Positions 1 through 7,680 of a stretch of DNA of 12,142 bases are shown here, piece after piece. Position 1 is the stretch's first letter. Every line of letters starts with the position of its first letter. The notes under the pieces were generated by a model. The model did no database searches. It was given only the letters and a program-made list of their open reading frames with translations, and was not told the DNA's origin. The stretch covers positions 1 through 12,142 of the forward strand of contig NW_021826645.1 of the NCBI RefSeq assembly GCF_006345805.1, in the 5' to 3' direction. The DNA comes from Octopus sinensis (lineage: Eukaryota). A program made the translations under genes and the position numbers.

Positions 1-136
1 AAATAGACCGATAGAATAAGTACTGGGCTTACAAAAGAATAAGTCCCGGGTCGAGTTGCTCGATTAAAAGGTGGTGCTCCAGCATGGCCGTTGTCAAATG
101 ACTGAAACAAGTAAAAGAGTAAAAGAGTAAATGAGT
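1..136 (+). mobile_element. 3' end of a tRNA-derived SINE, in-window family A (cut by the window edge)
   Basis: Near-identical to 2560-2679 (GAATAAGTACTGGGCTTACAAA...GGTGCTCCAGCATGGCC...GACTGAAACAAG). Ends in a short (AAAAGAGT)n tail. Confidence 0.85.
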
Positions 137-240
137 TGTCGCTTACGAATGTGTGTGACTCACTGGAGTGTGTTTCGAAAGAGAGTGCTGACAACAACGT
201 GGCGTGTGCAAACCACATATCCTGCATATATGCTTATATG

Positions 241-468
241 GCGAGCTGGCAGAAACGTTAAGCACGCCGGGCCAAATGCGTAGCCGTATTTCGTCTGTCG
301 TTACGTTCCAAGTTCAAATTCCGCCGAGGTCGACTTTGCCTTTCATCCTTTCGGGGTCGATAAATTAAGTACCAGTGAAACACTGGGGGTCGATGTAATC
401 GACTTAATCCCTTTGTCTGTCCTTGTTTGTCCCCTCTGTGTTTAGCCCCTTGTGGGTAGTAAAGAAAT
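241..468 (+). mobile_element. tRNA-derived SINE, in-window family B, full length, with 15-bp target-site duplication
   Basis: Homologous to 1296-1530, 5177-5403 and 9131-9796. B-box-like GTTCAAATTCC at 312-322. Flanked by ATATATGCTTATATG (226-240) and ATATATGCTTGTATG (469-483), 14/15 identical. Confidence 0.9.
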
Positions 469-777
469 ATATATGCTTGTATGCATCTTCTACCTGGTTA
501 CCACTTGAATGGGAAACATGGCGAGAAAGTGAGAGCCTAGAAAACTAAAACAGAAGGGATGGAAATTAAAAAAATTCATTGCAATTTTATATTTGGGTTT
601 ATCTGAAATATTAAGAGAAACACGATTTTACTTCCCCCAAAAGTAAAAAAAAAGAAGGAGCTATTCTCACAGATCTAGACTGTTCGTATCAATTCATACC
701 CAATAAATAATTATAAAGCTTGAATTCTTTTCGTATTTAACCTTTATATCAAATGCAGCAGCAGCAGTAGTAGCAGT

Positions 778-1152
778 GGAGGCGCAATGGCCCAGTGGTT
801 AGGGCAGCGGACTCGCGGTCGGAGGATCGCGGTTTCGATTCCCAGGCCGGGCGTTGTGTGTGTTTATTGAGCGAAAACACCTAAAAGCTCCACGAGGCTC
901 CGGCAGGGGGTGGTGGCGACTCCTGTTGTACTCTTTCGCTCCAACTTTCTCTCACTTTTTCTTCCTGCTTCTTGTCCCCGACGAATCCGACGCAACCGCT
1001 GAGCCCGGATGCGCATTCATCCATCCGTCGATGCTCTCGGTGTCGGGGATTGACCTGCTTTCTCTTCTGCGGGTCTTACGAATAGCAAAGGACCACGTTT
1101 CGGACTTATCCCACTACTGGGACGAAGACCGCTTCGCTCAACAAACAAACAA
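778..1152 (+). mobile_element. tRNA-derived SINE, in-window family C
   Basis: tRNA-like head with A box TGGCCCAGTGG (788-798) and B-box-like GTTTCGATTCC (832-842), but no pairing acceptor stem. About 300 bp of body and a (CAAA)n tail at 1139-1152. Candidate TSD GCAGTAGTAGCAGT (764-777) / GCAGCTGTAGCAGT (1153-1166), ambiguous because it lies in a microsatellite. Confidence 0.85.
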
Positions 1153-1190
1153 GCAGCTGTAGCAGTAGTAGTAGTAGTAGTAGTAGTAGT
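1153..1190. repeat. (CAG/TAG)n microsatellite; its other half is at 755-777
   Basis: Direct reading. Confidence 0.9.
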
Positions 1191-1295
1191 ATCAGGGCAT
1201 ATACGTTGCACCCACCATTTTTTGGTGATCCCCTGCTATTCCTGGTTGATGATGCCTCTGCACCATCCCGAGCGTCAACCCTCCGGCCCAGTGGG

Positions 1296-1530
1296 GGACC
1301 TGTTTCTTTACTACCCACAAGGAGCTAAACACAGAGAGGACAAACAAGGACAGACACACGGATTAAGTCGATTATATCGACCCCGGTGCGTAACTGGTAC
1401 TTAATTTATCGACCCCGAAAGGATGAAAGGCAAAGTCGACATCGGTGGAATTTGAACTCAGAACGTAGCGGCAGACGAAGTTCCACTAAGCATTTCGCCC
1501 GGCGTGCTAACGATTCTGCTGGCTCGTCAC
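1296..1530 (-). mobile_element. tRNA-derived SINE, family B
   Basis: The reverse complement aligns end to end with 241-468. Confidence 0.9.
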
Positions 1531-1666
1531 CAGTGGGTGACCGTTGTTCTGTCTGCGTAGTCGTTGCTAGTTTTATGAGGTCGAATTGCAAGCACTAACT
1601 CAATCTCTTTTAGTCACCTTTTACGACACGCAGAAGAAATATTGGATTTATTTATTTATTTTTTTA

Positions 1667-2085
1667 TTCATTTCACATGCCCGTCCTCAGGACAACGTGA
1701 AATGAAAGGTCTTGCTCAACAACACAACACGTGCCACTCGGTCCGGGAATGGAACCTACGACCTGACGATCGTGAGTACAACACTCTAACCCAGTGGTTA
1801 CCAAAGTGAGCGGTATTGCACCCCCCCCCCCCCCCCTGAGGGCAGTGGAAAGTTCCAACGGGGTTTGAAGAAAAGGGGAGCGATAATAGGGGAGCAATTC
1901 ATGTAAAAACAACAAAATAATGGGTTCGTTACGTTAAGCTTTATTTGTGAAATACAGTTGCTTTGAATTTGCTTCAGAAAATGGTCTATGTTTGTGATGG
2001 TTAGTTGGGGTGGGGGATGTTAGGAAAGTGGTCTGGCAGCACGAAAAAGTTTGGGAACCATTGCTCTAATCCACTAGGCTACTCT
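1667..2085 (-). mobile_element. tRNA-derived SINE 5' part related to family C, split in its A-box region by a hAT MITE
   Basis: Removing 1792-2063 and one TSD copy restores AGTAGCCTAGTGGTTAGAGTGTTGTACTCACGATCGTCAGGTCGTAGGTTCCATTCCCGGACC...TTGAGCAAGAC. This aligns loosely with the head at 781-880. Confidence 0.75.
1792..2063. mobile_element. Non-autonomous hAT DNA transposon (MITE), 272 bp, Buster/Charlie type
   Basis: Terminal inverted repeats CAGTGGTTACCAAAGT (1792-1807) and revcomp CAATGGTTCCCAAACT (2048-2063). 8-bp TSD CTCTAACC (1784-1791) / CTCTAATC (2064-2071) with central TA. Confidence 0.85.
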
Positions 2086-2109
2086 CTTTCGTTGTGATAC
2101 AGATAAAAG

Positions 2110-2217
2110 GAGCTCAGCTTATTTCCGCGAGCCACATATATTAACAGCCGAGGACCCGCGTATTAACAGCCATAGAGCCGAAAGCAGCTCGTGAGCCGCC
2201 GCGTTTGACTACCCAGG
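2110..2217. mobile_element. Possible decayed end of a second hAT MITE
   Basis: GC-rich GAGCC motifs and an end (GAGCCGCCGCGTTTGACTACCCAGG) resembling hAT MITE right termini. 11-bp direct repeat TATTAACAGCC (2139-2149, 2161-2171). No partner TIR or TSD found. Confidence 0.3.
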
Positions 2218-2280
2218 ATGTGTTTGTATGTGTGTGTATAAGTATACATACGTACATATTCGTATTAAGATACGTTTGCC

Positions 2281-2679
2281 TAGGAGTGGCTGTGTGGTAA
2301 GTAGCTTGTTTACCAACCACATGGTTCTGGGTTCAGTCCCACTGCGTGGCACCTTGGGCAAGTGTCTTCTACTATAGCCTCGGGCCGACCAAAGCCTTGT
2401 GAGTGGATTTGGTTGACGGAAACTGAAAGAAGCTCGTCGTATATATGTATATATGTATATGTGTGTGTGTGTTTGTGTGTCTGTGTTTGTCCCCCTAGCA
2501 TTGCTTGACAACCGATGCTGGTGTGTTTATGTCCCCGTAACTTAGCGGTTCGGCAAAAGAGACCGATTGAATAAGTACTGGGCTTACAAAAAGAATAAGT
2601 CCCGGGGTCGAGTTGCTCGACTAAAGGTGGTGCTCCAGCATGGCCGCAGTCAAATGACTGAAACAAGTAAAAAAGTAAA
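2281..2679 (+). mobile_element. tRNA-derived SINE, family A, essentially full length
   Basis: A box TGGCTGTGTGG (2287-2297), B-box-like GGTTCAGTCCC (2330-2340), internal (TA)/(TG) tract, and 3' end matching 1-136. Homologous to 4518-4894 on the other strand. Confidence 0.9.
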
Positions 2680-2696
2680 CAGTATACCATTAAATT

Positions 2697-2840
2697 ATGT
2701 ATGTATGTATGTATGTATGTATGTATGTATGTATGTATGTATGTATGTATGTATGTGTGTATGTATGTGTGTATGTATGTATGTTTTATGTTACGTATGT
2801 ATGTATGTATGTAAGTATGTACGTACGTATGTATGTGTGT
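2697..2840. repeat. (TATG)n microsatellite
   Basis: Direct reading. A short remainder continues right of the Tc1 element at 4125-4134. Confidence 0.95.
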
Positions 2841-2955
2841 ACAGTACCGTGTAAAAGCCCTTCGGCCAGTTTTAACTATTGTAAATTTCTACTAGTTACC
2901 AACAGATAAGTGGATGTTTCACATTGCGTTTCTTACAGAAGAAACATTGGGTTTG

Positions 2956-3201
2956 TTGGATGGTGCAATCACTATTGGGCAGGCACTTGTTTACATATTC
3001 AGTCTTGGACTCATTGAGGTAAAGACCTACACAGTTTGAGGCTTGTTCGAGAGATTGTAAAAGAGACTGGGCATTGGAGAGAGAATCACTGATAAGAGCA
3101 ATGTCGTCAGTAAAGTCAGTGTCTGTTAAGTGTTCAGCTCGGTGTCTGGAACTTCTTCTAGGTTTTATTTCAAAGCCCTTACCAGAAATGGTGTCAACTG
3201 A
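2956..3201 (-). pseudogene. RTE-clade LINE reverse transcriptase fragment (inverted segment)
   Basis: Reads SVDTISGKGFEIKPRRSSRHRAEHLTDTDFTDDIALISDSLSNAQSLLQSLEQASNCVGLYLNESKTEY. RT catalytic motif FTDD at 3103-3114. Boundaries are approximate. Confidence 0.85.
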
Positions 3202-3540
3202 CGGTTTGATGGAACTTACACTCGCCTCCTTATGAGAGCTCAAAATCTCTCGTGGAAGCGTCATCCAACCAAAGTACAAATATATGGAAAACTACCATCT
3301 GTATCATCTCTTGTGAAAGGTAGGAGAGTCCAGTTTGCTGGATATTGTTGTAGAGCTGAAAACGAGGCAATTTCTACTCTTCTCCTCTGGAAGCCATCTG
3401 CTCGCGATACCAGAGGGCGCACACTCTCCTACCCTGATGTAATCTCCAGGGATACAGGCATCCAGCAACAGGACCTCCGTAATGCTATGATGGACCGTGA
3501 AGTCTGGCGTAACATAGTAAATTCCATTGTCTCGACCACC
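3202..3540 (+). pseudogene. RTE-clade LINE ORF C-terminal fragment (non-inverted segment)
   Basis: Reads RFDGTYTRLLMRAQNLSWKRHPTKVQIYGKLPSVSSLVKGRRVQFAGYCCR...MMDREVWRNIV, matching the RTE post-RT region (RRLxxAGHxxR-like and DRxxWR motifs). Confidence 0.85.
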
Positions 3541-3670
3541 AAAAATGGCCTTGCAAAAGTTTTCGGCCATCTCACATAAACCAATAAAGATAAAGTGTTT
3601 TAAAACAGAAAAAATGTCTATAATGAAAATTTATTGCATAATGTTCATTTCAAGAAGTTACTGTATATTG

Positions 3671-4090
3671 TTAATATTTCGTGTGGCTTCCCTTAACTTG
3701 AATAATTGCTTCAATGTACCTGCAAAGAGATACGTACAAATCCTTCACCATCTTCACAGGTATGCGATGCCATTCTCTGCGGCTGAGCTCCCACACTCTT
3801 CAAGATTGCGTTGATTCTTCTTCTCTTAGTTCAGCCAGACTCTGTTGTATTGCACGCGATCTGTGGCATGGAGTTCCGTCATGCTGAAAAATATCACCTT
3901 CATCAGAGTCAGCACCTGGATATGTTTGACCCTATTCAAGTTACCGTCAATTTTAACCATCTTCCTTGACCCATCACTTTCTATGTATCCCCAAAGCATC
4001 ACACTCTTACCACACAAACTTCACTGTTTTCGTAGTGTAACATGGGTCGTTTCGCTTTCTAATAACCGAGAATTTGTCAGAAGGCTTCCA
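3671..4090 (-). pseudogene. Tc1 DDE transposase C-terminal remnant, frameshifted
   Basis: Manual translation across frameshifts gives KTVKF/GKSVMLWGYIESDG...KIDGNLN...IFQHDGTPCH...LYVSLCRYIEAIIQVKGSHTKY*. These are typical Tc1 catalytic-domain and C-terminal motifs. The N-terminal DNA-binding domain is absent. Confidence 0.85.
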
Positions 4091-4517
4091 GTTTAAAGTG
4101 GCCGAAAACTTTTGCACGGTACTGTATGTATGTAGGAAGGTAGGGAAGTAGATAAGTAGGTAGGTATGTGTGTGTGCGTGCGTTTGTACAACATTCGCAA
4201 ACCTCTCGTATATACGATCCTTACAGGGGTTGTCAATCTAGTACTTTATGCACTAGAATTAGTGCCTTTTTACCGTTTTCAGTGCGAAAATCCATTGAAA
4301 ATCCGCGCAACATTAGATTTTTGTAAAACTCAGTGCTAAAGTTTGAGCTTTTCCATTTGAGTGACATCAGTATTTAATTCGGAATTTTGTGTCCAAAGTT
4401 CAGGCAGAAAAATGTTGTGACAAGAAAAGCTATTTTCCTAATCCCCTCTTTTCAAAGGAAATCGTTTCTGAAGTTCAAAGACATAACAAAAACTTTGAAG
4501 CAGAAACACAAAACACC

Positions 4518-4894
4518 CTTTTACTCTTTTACTCTTTTATTTGTTTCAGTCATTTGACTGCGGCCATGCTGGAGCACCGCCTTTAGTCGAGCAAATCGAC
4601 CCCAGGACTTATTCTTTGTAAGCCTAGTACTTATTCTATCGGTCTTCTTTTCCCAAACCGCTAAGTAAACACACCAGCATCGGTTGTCAAGCGATGTTGG
4701 GGTTGGGGGACAAACACAGACACACAAACATATACACGCTCGTACATATACACATATATATATATATACATATATACGACGGGCTTCTTTCAGTTTCCGT
4801 CTACCAAATTCACCCACAAGGCTTTGGTCGGCCCGAGGCTATAGTAGAAGACACTTGCCCAAGGTGCCACGCAGTGGGACTGAACCCGGAACCA
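4518..4894 (-). mobile_element. tRNA-derived SINE, family A, 5'-truncated within the tRNA head
   Basis: The reverse complement aligns with 2322-2679. (AAAAGAGT)n tail at 4518-4538. Confidence 0.9.
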
Positions 4895-4928
4895 CTCATA
4901 CGCCTTAAATAAACAAGCGTGCACACAT

Positions 4929-5001
4929 TGCTGAAACCCGGAACCGAACCAGGGACCTTTCGATCTTCAGCCTAACGCTCTCCCAACTGAGCTATATCGT
5001 G
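4929..5001 (-). pseudogene. tRNA-Phe(GAA) pseudogene
   Basis: Revcomp CACGATATAGCTCAGTTGGGAGAGCGTTAGGCTGAAGATCGAAAGGTCCCTGGTTCGGTTCCGGGTTTCAGCA is clearly eukaryotic tRNA-Phe (loop CT-GAA-GA). Only 3 of 7 acceptor pairs form, the anticodon stem has an A.G mismatch, and T-loop A58 is G. Confidence 0.85.
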
Positions 5002-5176
5002 AAAAAAAGTGAAAGTGGAAAAAAAAAAAAAAGGTAAGCAACACATTTTGTAATTTTAAGAGCAGAAAATATGAAGGCTGGAAAACATAGTGTAAAATAA
5101 TAGCTTGAAAACACGTGGTATTGCGTAAACGCTTTTTCAACGCTTGGCTTGTTATTATGTAAACAGTCACCTATAT

Positions 5177-5403
5177 GCGAGCTGGCAGAAACGTTAGCGC
5201 CCCGGGCGAAATGCTTAGCGGTATTTCGTCTGATGTTACGTTCTGAGTTGAAATTCCGCCGAGGTAGACTTTGCCTTTCATCCTTTCGGGGTCAATAAAT
5301 AAAATACCAGTTCCGCACTGGGGTCGATGTAATCGACTGAATCCATTTGTCTGTCCTTGTTTGTCCCCTCTATATTTAGCCCCTTGTGGGTAGTAAAGAA
5401 ATA
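5177..5403 (+). mobile_element. tRNA-derived SINE, family B
   Basis: Aligns end to end with 241-468. Confidence 0.9.
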
Positions 5404-5759
5404 TATATGTCCTTGGTTTTCGATTGGTTAAAATTACCCCAAATTTGCAAACTTTAAAAGTGAATTTGTCTATATATTGATTTATAGCGAAAATAAATTT
5501 CATGTCAATGATTACCATATAAAACTACATCGATTCACCGAATATGAAATCAACTGCAACAAAATTGAAGAAATTGAAAAGTGGCTGCCAAACAGAAGAG
5601 ATCCCGCTTCACATTTGGTTTGGTTCTATCTTCCTTCAAAGATGAATGGGCTGAGGGCTATTTGCGCTTCGTACCTGATTCAAAGAATCAACAGCTCACA
5701 TGCTAAAGGTCTTCCGGATCAGGATTGTCCTAATGAAAACCTGCGTATTTATACACACA

Positions 5760-5808
5760 TATATTTGTATATACGTGCGTATATATATATATATAATATA
5801 TATTAAAA

Positions 5809-5904
<96 letters not shown>
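5760..5904. repeat. Imperfect (TA)n microsatellite
   Basis: Direct reading. Confidence 0.95.
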
Positions 5905-5906
<2 letters not shown>

Positions 5907-7348
5907 TGCTGGCTATATTCCAAAAAACCTTCTGTCCCAGTCTGTTGTCCCAGTTTTCAAAAAGGGAAACAAGTCCCTTGCAGTGAATTACCGTCCGATC
6001 TCACTCACCTCTCATATCATCAAGGTATTTGAGAGGGTGGTGAGATCTCGAATAACCCAATTTCTGGAAAGCAACAGACGGTTGATCTCCAACCAAATGG
6101 GTTCCGTAATGGAAGGGACTGCCTAACGCAGCTCCTGCATCACTTTGAGGACATTTTGAGAGCTTTGGGAGAGGGCTCCAACACCGATGTCATCTACCTT
6201 GATTTCAGTAAGGCCTTCGACAGGGTCGATCACAAGATCCTATTGAAAAAAAACTATCCAACATTGGTGTCTCTGGAAAGTTACTGAAATGGATTAAGTG
6301 TTTCCTGACAGACAGATCTCAACATGTTGTAGTTGAAGGGGGTAAAATCAAGCCCAGCCAAAGTCAGTAGTGGCGTTCCGCAAGGCACTGTGCTGGGCCC
6401 ACTTCTTTTCATCATTTACATTAATGACATTAATGGCATCATCAAGCACAGCAACATAAAAATCTTTGCAGATGACTCCAAGCTACAGAAGGTCATAAAT
6501 GAGGCGAGTGACCGGACATGCCTTCAGTCAGATCTACTGGCTGTTATCCAATGGGCAGAAAAAAACAATATGCTGCTGAACGAGGATAAATTTGAGCTAA
6601 TCCACTTTGGAAAAGAGGATGCCCTGAAACTCCATACTCCCTTCCTTCAGGTGAAACTCTCGCGGCGTCCAACAACATCAGAGACTTGGGAGTAATTGTG
6701 GACAACAACGTAAGCTGGGCCACTCATATAAACACCAAAGTTGACATGGCTCGCAGAATGTGTTCCTGGATTCTCAGAACTTCCAGTCGAGAGATATCCA
6801 CACCATTATCCTTCTCTTCTCCACTTTTGCCCGACCCCACCTTGAATACTGTTGTCCACTGTGGTCTCCCCACACAATACAAGGTATCATAAAAGTTGAA
6901 GCACCTCAAAGGGCAATCACAAAAAAGATAGATGGCATGACAGGCCTCGACTATTGGGGTCGACTAGAAAAGCTAAAACTCTATTCTCTCCAACGTCGTC
7001 GTGAGCGCTACATCATCTGCATGATGTGGAAAAATTCCATCAGCATTGCCCAAATGATGTTGGCATCACCTTTAAGGTACATCCAAGGCTGGGCCCCGTG
7101 CCATCCGCCCAAAACAAAAATCGCACTCTCATCTCATAACAACAATACGGCACAATTATTTCACCTCAATTGGCCCCGCTCTCTTTAACATTACACCAAA
7201 ACACATTAAAACAGAAACTGACCCTATAGGGTTCAAGAAGTCTTTGGACAGATTCCTTCAAGAAACCCCGGATAAACCCCCTACACCCGGATATGTCTCT
7301 GTAAACAATAACTCTCTACTTGAGTGGGCCATAGTGGCCAAATTCTGA
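5905..7348 (+). pseudogene. LINE ORF2 reverse transcriptase region, about 480 codons, with 7 frameshifts
   Basis: Joined translation contains VPVFKKG, NYRPISLTS, GFR, YLDFSKAFDRVDH, GVPQGTVLGPLLF, FADD (6465-6476), RDLGVIVD, RPHLEYCCPLWSP, LYSLQRRRER and FKKSLDRFL. Confidence 0.92.
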
Positions 7349-7443
7349 CTTGAAAGACTTCACCAGGTGGTGCTATTAAGTTAGACATGGCCTGGGCCAA
7401 TAATGGCCGAAACCTATCAAAGTATATCAAAGTATCAAAGTAT
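5905..7443 (+). mobile_element. 5'-truncated CR1-group non-LTR retrotransposon (RT domain, ORF2 C-terminus, 3' UTR and tail)
   Basis: RT motifs listed in the next feature. Stop at 7346-7348, short 3' UTR, and a tandem tail of TATCAAAG x3 (7415-7440). Confidence 0.9.
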
Positions 7444-7680
7444 ATAATTAATTAATAAGGGTGAGAGAATTAGATACTAATTTAATAGTATACCTATTCA
7501 ACACCAAGTGGCCCAGTGCCCCGAGAAACCTGGATTATTATAATATTTTATAACATATTATAATATTTTATACAAAAATAAATATAAGAGAGTGGTCTCA
7601 TGGGAAACATTGTATTTTTGTGGTTGAAACCTATTGGATCTATTACTAGTGCTAGAGTGAGCACATAGTGACCACCTCTT

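Larger units (their letters stand above)
2842..4124 (-). mobile_element. Internally deleted Tc1-family DNA transposon carrying a nested RTE fragment
   Basis: TIRs CAGTACCGTGTAAAAGCCCTTCGGCCA (from 2842) and revcomp CAGTACCGTGCAAAAGTTTTCGGCCA (ending 4124). TA at both flanks (2840-2841, 4125-4126). Transposase remnant inside. Confidence 0.9.

Noticed and set aside
781-853. Possible functional tRNA gene
   Set aside because: A and B boxes are present but the acceptor stem does not pair, and the sequence continues into a SINE body.
1090-1130. Hammerhead-like pieces in SINE C (CGAAACGT on minus; hairpin followed by CGAAG on plus)
   Set aside because: No CUGANGA-like core in the required position on either strand.
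854-1162. 102-aa ORF and neighbouring ORFs at 1017-1598
   Set aside because: They lie in SINE C, SINE B and microsatellite sequence and show no protein motifs.
2209-2909. ORFs 2209-2511, 2310-2690, 2567-2854 and 2697-2909, and their counterparts at 4521-4912
   Set aside because: Translations of SINE A and (TATG)n; the same peptides recur wherever the SINE recurs.
4224-4239. CAGGGGTTGTCAATCT, resembling a hAT left TIR
   Set aside because: No correctly oriented partner TIR or TSD found. The similar end at 2201-2217 is on the wrong side.
4958-4970. CTGAAGA-TC-GAAA on the minus strand, matching hammerhead core letters
   Set aside because: It is the tRNA-Phe anticodon arm with a substitution, and there is no stem II.
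5031-5039. AG/GTAAG splice-donor-like motif
   Set aside because: Preceded by an A run with no plausible exon; expected by chance.
5696-6032. ORFs rich in IY repeats
   Set aside because: Translations of (TA)n.
7395-7414. GGCC-AATAAT-GGCC-GAAAC, resembling hammerhead stem II plus GAAA
   Set aside because: No upstream CUGANGA core; treated as LINE 3' UTR structure.
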